Part shown: one piece after another, positions 40,079-49,729 of the stretch | Layout of the letters: each line of letters begins with the position of its first letter | Numbering within the stretch: position 1 is the stretch's first letter | Assembly: GCA_965215005.1 (NCBI GenBank) | Contig: CBDCCZ010000019.1 | Location: 1 to 64,000, forward strand | Direction of reading: 5' to 3' | Source of the DNA: Kofleriaceae bacterium | GTDB lineage: Bacteria > Myxococcota_A > Polyangia > Haliangiales > Haliangiaceae | DNA: 64,000 bases | Notes under the pieces: model-generated | Told to the model about the DNA's origin: nothing | The model's input: only the letters and a program-made list of their open reading frames with translations | Databases searched by the model: none | Translations under genes and position numbers: made by a program

Positions 40079-40986
40079 GTGAGCCCCGGTCCCATCCTCT
40101 GCGTGGGCGACATCGACATGGACCTCGTGGTGTCGGTGCCGCGGCTGCCCGGCACGGACGAGAAGGTCTCCGGCCGCCGCGTCGCCCTGACGCCCGGGGG
40201 CATGGCGGCCAACGTCGCGGTCGGGCTCGCGCGCCTCGGCACGCCGGTCCGCATGCTGGGCGCGGTGGGGGACGACGAGGCCGGCGAGACGGCGGTGACG
40301 GCGCTCCGGGACGCGGGGGTCGAGGTCTCGCACGTCGTGCGCGTCGCCAATGAGGCGACCTTCATGTGCGTCATCCTCATCGAGCCCTCGGGCGAGAAGT
40401 CCCTGGTGCGGCTGGAGAGCCCCGCCTACCTGCCCCGCCCCGCGGACCTCACGGAGGCCGCCTTCGCGGGCATCCGCCACGTTCACACCACCCACGGCGA
40501 CCCGGCGCTGGCCGAGGCTGCGCTGGAGGCCGCGAAGGTGGTCGGCGCGACGGTCTCGCTCGACCTCGAGGCGGCCGACCTGCCCGAGGCTCCGGACGGA
40601 CTGCGCCGACTGCTGGGGAGGATCGACCTCCTCTTCGTCAGCCGGCGGAGCCGCGCGGCGGCCGAGGCGTTGCTCGGGCCCTTGAGAGGGACGACGAGAG
40701 CCATGATCGTCACCACGCTGGGGGCCGAGGGCGCCCGCGCGGAGGGCGGCGGGGCGACGGCCGAGGTCGCCGGTCTCGCCGTGGCGCCCACCGACACCTC
40801 CGGCGCGGGCGACGCCTTCGCCGCAGCGTTCCTGAGCCGCTGGCTGGAGGCGGCGCCGCCCGCCGAGGCGCTCGCCTTCGCCAACGCCGCCGCCGCGCTC
40901 TCGACCCGCGCCTTCGGGGCGCAGGCGGGGCTTCCGACCGAGGCGGAGGTGCGCGCCGCCCTCGCCGAGCGGTTCCGACGCCTGAG
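40079..40986 (+). CDS. PfkB family carbohydrate kinase; native stop appears out of frame
   Basis: PGGMAANVA and DTSGAGDAF. A TGA at ~40983 before the next RBS is in another frame. Confidence 0.85.
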
Positions 40987-40994
40987 AGGAGCCC

Positions 40995-41930
40995 ATGCCC
41001 GACGATCGCTTCGCCCTGAGGGACCGCCTCGCCGCCCGCGGCCTGCCCCCGCCCGGGGAGGACGTCATGGCCGCGCTGCGCGACATCGTCGACGAGGGCG
41101 TGCTCGGCGCCAGCAACCACGTCGCCCTGGCCCTGCCCCTGGTCGCGGACCTGGCCGAGGACGCGCGCGCGGGCGGGGTGGCGGCCGCGCTGGAGCTCGC
41201 GGACTTCATCGCGCAGACGCGCGGCGCGGGGGCGCCCATCGTCGCCAACGCGCTGCGCTGGCAGACCGAGGGGGTCGCGGCCGAGGACGGCGAGGCGGGC
41301 GCTGCGCAGCTGCGCGAGCGGGCCGAGCGCTGGAGCGCGGAGGCCAAGGAGCGCCGGAGGACCCTCGTGCGACGGGCCGCCGAGCGGCTGGCGGACGACC
41401 CCGCGCCGCTCCTCTTCGACTACTCCAGCACCGTGGCCGACGTCGTGCGCGCGCTGGCCGAGACGGGGCAGCTCGAACGGCTCGTGATCCCCGAGAGCCG
41501 GGCCGTGGACGGCGGGCGGCGCTACCTCGAGGCGCTCCACGACCTCGGCGTGCCCTGCCTCTTCACCCCGGACGCCGCGATGGAGCACGCCGTCTCCCGG
41601 GCGAGCGCGGTGCTCCTCGGCGCCGAGAGCGTGACGGCCGATGGCGGCGTGGTGAACACGGTGGGCTCGCTTCCCGCCGCGCGGGCGGCCGCGGCGCGGG
41701 GCATCCCCGTCTACGGGCTCGCGGACCTCTTCAAGGTCGGCGCGGAGCGCTCGACGGAGCCGCGGGTGCGGCCCGAGCGGGACTACCCCGCCATCCTGCC
41801 CGCGGGCTTCGAGGGCGTCCGAGCGGCCGCGCCGGAGCTGGAGCTGGTGCCGCCCGCGCTCGTGACGGCGCTGCTGACCGAGCGGGGGGCGCTGCGACCC
41901 GAGGAGCTCGAGGTGGAGATCGCGCGATGA
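40995..41930 (+). CDS. eIF-2B/ribose-1,5-bisphosphate isomerase-like protein
   Basis: GAS, DYSSTV, ESR..GG, PDAA, LLGAESV..DG.VVN.VGS and ELVP..LV..LLTE.G. Confidence 0.85.
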   Translation: MPDDRFALRDRLAARGLPPPGEDVMAALRDIVDEGVLGASNHVALALPLVADLAEDARAGGVAAALELADFIAQTRGAGAPIVANALRWQTEGVAAEDGEAGAAQLRERAERWSAEAKERRRTLVRRAAERLADDPAPLLFDYSSTVADVVRALAETGQLERLVIPESRAVDGGRRYLEALHDLGVPCLFTPDAAMEHAVSRASAVLLGAESVTADGGVVNTVGSLPAARAAAARGIPVYGLADLFKVGAERSTEPRVRPERDYPAILPAGFEGVRAAAPELELVPPALVTALLTERGALRPEELEVEIAR

Positions 41931-42900
41931 GCGGCGCCGAAGCCCGGGCGCTCATGCGCCGCGAGATCCTGGCGCAGCCGGAGGTGCTGGCCGCCGCCGT
42001 GGAGCCGCTCGTCGAAAGGGCGCGGGGGCTCGGCCTCGACCGCGCGCGCCCGCTCTGGATGGGCGGCTGCGGCGACGGCCTCTTCGCAGCCCAGGCGCTC
42101 GCGGGGGTGTTCCGGGCCGAGGGCTGGGACCCGCGTCCCGCCTCGGCCGCGGAGATGCTGTGGGACGCGCGGGTCCGGCCCGGCGACGGGGTGGTGGGCG
42201 TCTCGATCTCGGGCGGGACGCGGCGGACGGCGGAGGCGATGGAGCGGGCGACCGCCCTCGGCGCGCGGACCGTCGCGGTGACGCTCGACCCCGAGAGCCG
42301 CCTGGGGCGGGCCTGCGGCGTGGTGCTCCCCCTGCCCTACGAGCCCATCAGCCGGAGCACGCCTCACAGCCTCGACTACACGATGACGCTGCTGGCCCTG
42401 GCGGCGATCGCCGGCCTGGACGCGCCCGCGCTCCAAGCGGCCGGCGGCCGCGACCGGCGACGCGGGGCCGGCGCTTCCGGAGCTCTCACCCGACACGCGA
42501 TTCTTCTTCCTCGGCGGCGGTCCGGCGTCGGGCTCGGCCGGCTACGGCGCGGCGAAGCTGCACGAGGCGGGGGGGCTGCCCGCCTGGGCACTCGAAGCGG
42601 AGAACTTGTCTGCCACGGCGCGAACTTCATGATGCGGGCGGGCGACGTCGCCGTGCTCTGCGGCGGGGGCGGCCCGGCCGACCGCCGGACACTCGCTCTC
42701 GAGGACGGGCTCGGGCGCCTGGGGCTCCGCACGATCCGGGCGGGGCTCGATGAGGCGCCGCTCCTCAACCGCCCCTTCGCAGCTGCGCGCACGGTCCAGG
42801 CGCTCTGCCTCCGTGGCCGAGGCTCGCGACCTCGACGTGGCGGACCCGGGCGGGGCGTCCGAAGCGGCGGCGGTGCAGAAGGACTGGTTCGGATGGTCGT
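41927..42900 (+). pseudogene. Double-SIS sugar-phosphate isomerase/deglycase (GlmS/FrlB-like), frameshifted as given
   Basis: MRREILAQP, GCGDG and SISGGT.RT.EA. The second SIS motif FFFLGGG...GAAKLHEAG...EAEN/CHG lies in a shifted frame. Confidence 0.78.
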
Positions 42901-43871
42901 CAGCCTGAGCCCCGGGCCGAGGCGCGCCACCTCAGGCCCGCGCCTACGACATCGTCGGCGATCACGCTGCCGATCAGCAGCACGCCCACCGCGGCGAGCT
43001 GCCAGGCCTGGGAGATGTTGGCGAGCTGCAACGCCGCCTGGAGCGTGACCACGATCAGCACCGCGAGCACCGTCCCCGCGATCCGGCCCGTACCGCCGAA
43101 GATGTGCGTGCCGCCAAGGACGGCCACCGTGACCGAGAGCAGCTCCATGCCCTCCCCCGCGTCGGGCCGCGCGGCCTGGAACCACGACAGCGTCATGATC
43201 GCACCCACCGCCGCGAGCATCCCGCTCAGGCAGTAGAGCCCGAAGCGCAGCCGCGCGACGCCGACGCCCGCGAGGTAGGCCGCGCGCTCGTCGTTGCCGG
43301 CGGCGTAGAGGTGCGCGCCCATCCGGGTGCGGGACAGCAGGACGTGGAGCATCAGCGCCAGCGGCAGGAACACGGCCCAGAGGTGGTTGGGGATCGCCAG
43401 CGTGCGCCCCTGACCGAGCCAGGCGAAGCCGTCCGGCAGCCCGCCGATCGGCGAGCCGCCCGTGAGCGCGAGCGCGAGCCCGCCATAGGCGAACATCGTC
43501 GCCAGCGTCGCCATGAGCGACGGCACGCCCAGCACCGTGACGAGCGCGGCGTTGACCGCCCCGAGCGCCAGGCCCATCCCGAGGCCCGCCACGCAGGCGA
43601 GCGCCACGGGCACGCCCGCCGCGTGGAGCGCGGCGATGCCGAGCCCCGTGAGCGAGAGCGACGCACCAATCGACAGGTCGATGCCGGGGCCGCCCGAGAT
43701 CATCACCAGCGTCTGCCCGAGCGCCAGCACGCCCAGCACGGGCACATACTGCAGCAGGTAGGAGATGGTGGAGACCTGCAGGAAGTGAGGAGACAGCGCC
43801 GCCCCGAGGGCGAGCGCGGCGACCCAGAGCCCCAGGAGGAACCAGATGCGCTGCGTGAGCGGATCCGTCAT
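42900..43871 (-). CDS. Sugar ABC permease (LsrD/RhaQ-like)
   Basis: GIDLSIG, PSLMATLA and ELLSVTVAVLGGT.IFGG.G. Confidence 0.9.
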   Translation of the reverse strand: MTDPLTQRIWFLLGLWVAALALGAALSPHFLQVSTISYLLQYVPVLGVLALGQTLVMISGGPGIDLSIGASLSLTGLGIAALHAAGVPVALACVAGLGMGLALGAVNAALVTVLGVPSLMATLATMFAYGGLALALTGGSPIGGLPDGFAWLGQGRTLAIPNHLWAVFLPLALMLHVLLSRTRMGAHLYAAGNDERAAYLAGVGVARLRFGLYCLSGMLAAVGAIMTLSWFQAARPDAGEGMELLSVTVAVLGGTHIFGGTGRIAGTVLAVLIVVTLQAALQLANISQAWQLAAVGVLLIGSVIADDVVGAGLRWRASARGSG

Positions 43872-44833
43872 CGCGGCACGCCCGTCCGCCTGCCCTCGAG
43901 CGCGTCGAGCGTCAGCACCGTGATCAGGAGCGCGCCGATCACCACCGTCTCCCAGAGCGAGGATACGCCCGTAAGCACGAGCCCGTTCTGCGTCAGCTTG
44001 ATGAAGAGCACCCCCATCAGCGCGCCGGCGAGGCTGCCCACGCCGCCGCGGATGTTGGCGCCGCCGAGGATGGTCGCCGCGATCGCCTCGAGCGCGATGT
44101 TGGTGCCGATGTTGACCTCCACGTTGCGCAGCCGGGCGACGTAGAGCACGGCGGCGAGCCCCGCGAGGAGGCCGAGGAGCGCGTAGGCCTGGATCTTGGT
44201 GCGATCCACGGGGATGCCTGCGAGCCGGGCCGAGCCCTCGTCGCAGCCGATCGCGACCACCCGCCGGCCCCAGGGCGTGCGCCTCAGCGCGAGCCAGACC
44301 ACGAGGTAGACCGCGCCGATGGTGAAGGCGCCCGCCGGGATGCCCAGCACGTCGCCCAGCACGAGGAACGACAGCGTCCCCGGCAGCCCGCTGATCCAGG
44401 TGCCCCCGATGACGAGGAAGAGCACCGCGAGGAAGATGTACATCGTCCCCAGCGTGGCGATGATGGGCGGCATCCGCGTCTTGGCGACGAGGAGGCCGTT
44501 GATGGCGCCGAGAGCCGCCCCCGCCGCCAGGCCGATGGGGACCACCACGATGTCGGGGAGGCCCGCCTGGTAGGCCCGCCCGATGAAGATGGCGGAGACG
44601 GCCAGCACGCCCCCCACGCTGACGTCGATGCCGCCCAGCACGATCACGACCGTCATGCCCGCGCAGATCACCGCGAGGTCCACCGAGCTGCGCAGCACCG
44701 TGGTCAGGTTGCGCTCGGTGAGGAAGACGTCGGACTGCGCCGCAAACACCGCGCACAACAGCACGAGCGCGACCGCCAGCAGCCGCTCCCGCGACAGCCC
44801 GCCGGAGCGGCCGAGCGCCGCCCCGCGGAGCAT
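43868..44833 (-). CDS. Sugar ABC permease (LsrC/RhaP-like)
   Basis: GGIDVSVG, PPIIATLG and LEAIAATILGG. Confidence 0.9.
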   Translation of the reverse strand: MLRGAALGRSGGLSRERLLAVALVLLCAVFAAQSDVFLTERNLTTVLRSSVDLAVICAGMTVVIVLGGIDVSVGGVLAVSAIFIGRAYQAGLPDIVVVPIGLAAGAALGAINGLLVAKTRMPPIIATLGTMYIFLAVLFLVIGGTWISGLPGTLSFLVLGDVLGIPAGAFTIGAVYLVVWLALRRTPWGRRVVAIGCDEGSARLAGIPVDRTKIQAYALLGLLAGLAAVLYVARLRNVEVNIGTNIALEAIAATILGGANIRGGVGSLAGALMGVLFIKLTQNGLVLTGVSSLWETVVIGALLITVLTLDALEGRRTGVPR

Positions 44834-44873
44834 GCCGGCGACCGTCACGCCGCCGTTCCGGGGCCGGTGCGTC

Positions 44874-45851
44874 TCAGAAGTCGAACTCGTCCACGTTCTC
44901 AGCCGTGAAGACCGCGGGCTGGCCGAGGAGCACGATGTCATCCTGCGGATAGGTCACGTCGAGGCCCGGCACCTCGAAGCCCTCGTCGATCGTGCCGCCA
45001 TCCGCGAGGTGCGCGGCCACGTGGACCGTCAAGTAGCCGAGATCGGCGGGGTTCCACAGCACCGAGAAGGGCATGGCGCCGGACTTGATGTAGTCCCGCG
45101 CGGTGTTGGGCGAGCAGTATCCGGCGCTCACCACCTCGCCCGTCATCCCCGCCGCCTCGACCGCCTGGGCGATCCCGGGGCAGGTCGTGGACGCCATGCC
45201 GAGCACCGCCATCAGGTCGGGGTTGCGGGTCATCGCGTCGGTGGCGAACTGGTAGGCGCGCGCCGCCGTGCCGTCGGTGTGATCGACGGAGACGATCTCG
45301 ATCTCGGGGTACTCGGACGCCGCGCGCTCCTCGATCGCGGCGATCCAGTTCTGCATCGACTGGATCGTGGGCGAGTCCGAGACGATGGCGATCTTGCCGC
45401 TCTCGCCCGTGCGCGCCACCGTCTCGTCGAGCAGCGTGTGGCCGAGGTCGCGGTCGAGCGCCTGGGCCACGAAGTACTGCCGTTCGGTGTCCGGCGCATC
45501 GGCGTCGGAGGTCAGCACGACGATCCCCTGCTCGCGGGCGCGCGCGATGGCGGGGCGCAGGCTCTCCTCGTCCAGGGGCGAGATCGCGATGACGTCGAAG
45601 CCCTGGTTGACGAAGCTCTCGAAGATGCGGAGCTGGTCGGCGGCGTTGGTGCTGGTGGGTCCCTCCTGGACGTACTCGACGCCGAGCTCCTCGGCCGCGC
45701 GCAGGGCCCCCTCCTCCATGGCGACGTAGTAGGGGATGCCCGCGATCTGCGGGATGAAGGCGATCTGCGTGGTCTCCTGCGCCGCGAGGGGCGAAGCGAG
45801 CCCCAGCGCGGTCGCCGCGCCGAGCAGCACGGTTCTGCGGTCGAGGGTCAT
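44874..45851 (-). CDS. Sugar ABC substrate-binding protein (LsrB/RhaS-like) with twin-arginine leader
   Basis: MTLDRRTVLLG leader, IAFIPQ..GIPY, DAD and LWNP.DLG. Confidence 0.9.
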   Translation of the reverse strand: MTLDRRTVLLGAATALGLASPLAAQETTQIAFIPQIAGIPYYVAMEEGALRAAEELGVEYVQEGPTSTNAADQLRIFESFVNQGFDVIAISPLDEESLRPAIARAREQGIVVLTSDADAPDTERQYFVAQALDRDLGHTLLDETVARTGESGKIAIVSDSPTIQSMQNWIAAIEERAASEYPEIEIVSVDHTDGTAARAYQFATDAMTRNPDLMAVLGMASTTCPGIAQAVEAAGMTGEVVSAGYCSPNTARDYIKSGAMPFSVLWNPADLGYLTVHVAAHLADGGTIDEGFEVPGLDVTYPQDDIVLLGQPAVFTAENVDEFDF

Positions 45852-46645
45852 GCGGTCTCTCCTTCTGTGATGGGTTCGGGTGCCTCGGCGCCTCGCCGGA
45901 CGAGGCTCGCGCCCGTGATGAGGCCCACGACCTCCTCGGGCTCGGTGGAGGCGGTGTCGCGCACGCCGATCCGCTTGCCGTGCCGCAGCGCCGTGATGCG
46001 GTCGGAGACGGCGAAGACGTCCTGGATGTTGTGCGAGATCAGGATCACCGACTTCCCCTGGTCCCTGAGGCGCCGGACGAAGTCGAGCACCTTGCGCTGC
46101 TCGGCCACGGCGAGCGCGGCGGTCGGCTCGTCCATGACGATGATCTCGGCGTCGATGTTGAGCGCCCGCGCGATGGCGACCCCCTGGCGCTGGCCGCCCG
46201 AGAGCCGCTCCACCCAGGCGTCGAGCGAGGGGACATGGACGTCGAGCTCGGCCAGCAGCTCCGCGGTGCGCGCGCGCATCGCGCGGCGGTCAAGGAAGGC
46301 GATCCCCGCGACCCGGCGCACGATCTCGCGGCCGAGGAACACGTTGTCGGGGATGGGCATCTTCCCGGCGAGCGCGAGCTCCTGGTAGATCGTTGCGACC
46401 CCGCGCGCCCACGCGTCCTGCGGAGAGGCGAAACGCACGGGCTCGCCGTCGATGCGGATCTCGCCCTCGTCGGGACGGTGCGCGCCCGACAGTGTCTTGA
46501 TCAGGGTCGACTTGCCCGCCCCGTTGTCGCCCACGAGCGCCATGACCTCGCCGCGCCGGACCTCGAAGTCGACGCCGTCGAGCGCCACGACCCCACCGAA
46601 GCGCTTGACGATCTTGGCCATGGAAAGCTTCGGCGTCTCGGCCAG
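45848..46645 (-). CDS. Single-domain sugar ABC ATPase
   Basis: GDNGAGKS, LSGGQRQ and DEPT. The start is ATG 46621 or CTG 46645 (which follows GGAGG). Confidence 0.92.
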   Translation of the reverse strand: MAETPKLSMAKIVKRFGGVVALDGVDFEVRRGEVMALVGDNGAGKSTLIKTLSGAHRPDEGEIRIDGEPVRFASPQDAWARGVATIYQELALAGKMPIPDNVFLGREIVRRVAGIAFLDRRAMRARTAELLAELDVHVPSLDAWVERLSGGQRQGVAIARALNIDAEIIVMDEPTAALAVAEQRKVLDFVRRLRDQGKSVILISHNIQDVFAVSDRITALRHGKRIGVRDTASTEPEEVVGLITGASLVRRGAEAPEPITEGETA

Positions 46646-46656
46646 GACAGGCCTCC

Positions 46657-46672
46657 GGTGAAACGTTTAACC
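46657..46672. promoter_or_regulatory. Candidate LacI-type operator
   Basis: GGTGAAACGTTTAACC near-palindrome directly upstream of the ABC operon. Confidence 0.65.
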
Positions 46673-46759
46673 AGGCCGATGTGAACGGGTTGCGATCCCC
46701 GCTGTCAAGCTCCGGCGCAGGGCCCTGCGACCGCTGCGGGCGCGACGCCGCCTGGGGAT

Positions 46760-47562
46760 GCGATCACCTGGTCCTGCGGCATGCCTGAGCCTCCAGCACT
46801 TCGATCCGTGAGGTTTCCTCGCTCGGCAGATGGAGCCCGTGGGCTCTGCTTCACGCGCGTGAAGCGCAGCACGTAATCGTAGTGCGCGCTCTGCGTCGGG
46901 CGGCAGCCAGGCCAGGGGGCCGCGCGAGCCCTTAGAGCGGTTCACCCGCGCCTCGGTGGGGATGAGGTTCTTGCCGGGTCGACGGCAGAGGCGGTCGCGC
47001 CGCGGCCTCGCTCCCACGCGTCGGCGCCGCGCGCTCCAGGCATAGGCCAAGGGCACCACGTGGTCGACGTCGAGGCCCGCCGGCGTCGAGGTGGACCCGG
47101 CCGGTGTAGGGGTCGATTCAGTGCTCCGTGCTCCGCCTCGCAGCTGTCCGCGGACCAGCGGACCGGGCCGATGGACAACTCCGCCAGCACCTCGTGGCGC
47201 GTGGAGCGGCAGTCGCCGTCGGCGTCGGCCCAGCCCCCGAACAGCGCGCGGTCGTAGCGCGGCCCATCCTCCTCTGGGGAGGGCACGGGGGACACCCTCG
47301 CCGCGGCGGGCGCGTCGCAGTCCCCCTGCCCGACCTTCGGGTGCCGCCCGCCCGTGGCGAGGCAGCTCTCGATCGAGGGAAAGGGCGTGAAGCGCAGGGT
47401 GCGCTCCCAGTACGCCCCGCCCGGGCAGTGGCAGATGCCCGAGCGCGACAGCTTTACCTGCGCGGGCGCAGGCCCCGGGGCGGCGAGCGCGGCCAGGAGC
47501 AGGGCCGCCGCCGCCAGGAGGCTCATGAGGCCCCGCCATGATCCGGATCGCGCGCGTCGCAT
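46760..47562 (-). pseudogene. Second copy of the exported DUF1524-type HNH nuclease, multiple frameshifts in the 3' half
   Basis: Same N-terminal domain as 25043..25855. LDVDHVVPLAYAW and NLIPTEARVNRSKG lie in a different frame. Confidence 0.85.
47204..47440. repeat. About 237-bp direct repeat, identical by eye to 25464-25700
   Basis: Line-by-line comparison at an offset of 21740 bp. The flanks diverge. Confidence 0.88.
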
Positions 47563-47846
47563 GGGCGCACCCCATGCACGCGGACCGGGCCCGGATCAGC
47601 CCCCGGTCGTGGCCGCAGCCCGGCCTTCGCCGCGAATGCCCCCGACCCCGCCCGGGCCGCGGCCGCAGCACGGGGGTCGGGGGCATGCGGCGGCGCATGG
47701 TGTCAACGCCGGCTGAAAACCGACCCACTTCGGGCTCGGATCGGGGGACCGCCCGCGCCGAAACCCCCCTGCCCTTCGTGCCTCGGGGCCATGGCCGCGT
47801 CGCCGCGGCGCTTGCCCGGACCGCGTCCCCGGGGCATGGAACGAAC

Positions 47847-48149
47847 GTGGAACACCGCTGGACCCGCATCCGCACCCGCATCGGCGGGCTGCGCCACGAG
47901 GACGACTGGTGCGTGCTGTGCGACGGCTGGGTGGTGGGCCGGGTGCTGCGCGACCACGGGGGCCTGGCGCGCGGCGGCGAGTGGGGCTGGAGCGTGCAGA
48001 GCTTTCCCGCCGAGAGCGGCCACGCCGATCGCCTGGGGGACGCCTTGGAGCGCGTCCGCGAGGGCGTGACGTTCGGGCGCGACGGGCGGCCCGAGACGGC
48101 CGAGGTCCTGGCGTGGCGCCAGGGCGGGGGCACGCGCCGCGGGCGGTAG
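47847..48149 (+). CDS. Small Trp-rich hypothetical protein
   Basis: WTRIRTRIGG..DDWCV..GWVVGRV..WGWSVQ looks protein-like, with GC-rich third positions. Confidence 0.55.
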   Translation: MEHRWTRIRTRIGGLRHEDDWCVLCDGWVVGRVLRDHGGLARGGEWGWSVQSFPAESGHADRLGDALERVREGVTFGRDGRPETAEVLAWRQGGGTRRGR

Positions 48150-48202
48150 GCGGGGGCCGCGTGGGCGGGGGCCGCGTGGGCGGGGACCCTCGCGACGGCC
48201 GC

Positions 48203-49033
48203 TCACCCGCGCGCGCAGGCCGCGAGGAGGTCCTCCACCGCCCCGCGCTCGCGCGGGTCCATGGCGAGGTCCCAGCGCGCCTTCACGGCCACCCAGTCGG
48301 CCACGTAGCGGCAGCGATGGGCGGGCGCGGGCGGCAGCCAGTCCTCCGGCCCTTGTGCGGACTTCGCGCGGTTGGCGTCGCGCGTGACCGCCACCAGCGT
48401 GCGCGGATCGCCGAGATCGTTGGCGTAAGCGGCGCGGCGCTCGCGGCCCCAAGCCCAGCCGCCGCTGCGGTGCGCCTCCTGCAGCGGCACCAGGTGGTCC
48501 ACGTCGAGCGCCGCGGGGTCGGCGACGGTTGCGCCCGTGAAGGGCGCGCGCCACAGCCCCGCCACCACCGAGCAGCCGTCGCGCGCGAGCCGCGCGCGCT
48601 CGAGGCTCTCGGCCATGAGCACCTCGTGGCGCGCGTCGAGGCAGTCGCCATCCGCATCGCGCCAGTGCGGCCAGTTCTCGCGCTCGTAGCCCGCCCGGTG
48701 CTCCGGCTCGACGGGGACGTCCGCGAGGAGGATCACGGCCTGCGCCACGGCGGCGCGGTCGTCGGCCGAGGCGGGCACGGGGACGCGGCGGGCGCCGGGG
48801 GTCCCGGGCCAGTCGACGCCGAGCTCGGCCAGGAGCGGCGCCAGCACCGCGGTCTCGGCCGCGCGCACGAGCTCGGCCGCGGGCTCGGGCAGCCTGTCCG
48901 CGCGCTCCAGCACCACGAGGCCCAGGCCCGCGAGGAGGGCGACCACGAGCGCGGGCGTGAGCCGGCGCGCGCCGCGGCGGCGGGGGCGGGCGCGGGCAGC
49001 GACGGGGGCGCGGTGGGACCGGCGGCGGGCGAT
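48203..49033 (-). CDS. Membrane-anchored DUF1524-type HNH nuclease (divergent paralogue)
   Basis: Y.RE.W.HW.D.DGDC.D.RHEVL, LDVDHLVPL, YAND, NRAK and WVAVK.RW.L. The start is GTG 48946 or in-frame ATC 49033 after GGAGAG. Confidence 0.88.
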   Translation of the reverse strand: MARRRSHRAPVAARARPRRRGARRLTPALVVALLAGLGLVVLERADRLPEPAAELVRAAETAVLAPLLAELGVDWPGTPGARRVPVPASADDRAAVAQAVILLADVPVEPEHRAGYERENWPHWRDADGDCLDARHEVLMAESLERARLARDGCSVVAGLWRAPFTGATVADPAALDVDHLVPLQEAHRSGGWAWGRERRAAYANDLGDPRTLVAVTRDANRAKSAQGPEDWLPPAPAHRCRYVADWVAVKARWDLAMDPRERGAVEDLLAACARG

Positions 49034-49277
49034 GGGGGCTCTCCCGGGACTGCAAGGCGTGGCGGCGCGCCACCCCTAGCGGCTCGGCGCGGGGGGCGTC
49101 CACGCGGCAGGCCGCCCCGGTCGCCGCGGTTGCCGCACTCGCTCGACTTCGCCTCGTGCTCGCCGCGTCTTCGAGGCGAGTACCGCGCGCTTTGCCGGGC
49201 GCGGTTAGCGCCGCCGCCATGCCCCCTGCGCTACGCCCCGGGACCGTGGGGACGGGCGCGCACGAGGGGGTGGAGCC

Positions 49278-49700
49278 ATGCGGATGCTGATCGAGGTGGA
49301 GCCGGCCGTGGCGCGCCTCTTCCCCGAGGACGGGCCCGGACGCCTGCGCGCGCGGCGCCTCGCGCAATGCCTCGAGCGCTACGAGCTCATCCTCGAGCGC
49401 GCAGGGGCGCCCGCCTTCGCCGCGGCCGAGTGGGAGCTCCTGCTCGAGGCCTACGCCGGCACCGTGGCCGAGCCGGCCTCGGTGATCGACGAGTTCGCGC
49501 TCATCATCGAGGAGCCGGCCGAGGCCTGGGAGCTCGGGCGCGCGCACGGGGTCGACGCCTGCGCCCTCGTGGCCCGCCTGCGCGGGCTCGACGTCACGCA
49601 GACCGTGGCGCTCGTGGAGCGGCTCGAGCGCGAGCGCGACCGGCGCCGGGCGGCGCGCGACGAGGCGGAGGGCAAGGTTGTGGCGTTCCCGCGACGTTGA
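49278..49700 (+). CDS. Hypothetical protein
   Basis: GGAG RBS, strong GC3 bias and a helical sequence. Family not recognised. Confidence 0.65.
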   Translation: MRMLIEVEPAVARLFPEDGPGRLRARRLAQCLERYELILERAGAPAFAAAEWELLLEAYAGTVAEPASVIDEFALIIEEPAEAWELGRAHGVDACALVARLRGLDVTQTVALVERLERERDRRRAARDEAEGKVVAFPRR

Positions 49701-49729
49701 GGCTGGGACCTGCGGGGGCGGGCGCGCGG

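Noticed and set aside
42430..42830. Programmed frameshifting in the SIS gene
   Set aside because: Multiple scattered indels without slippery sites, like other noisy patches such as 46760-47140.
48149..48186. 15-bp tandem repeat GGCGGGGGCCGCGTG, about 2.4 copies
   Set aside because: A short low-complexity duplication between convergent genes with no evidence of function.
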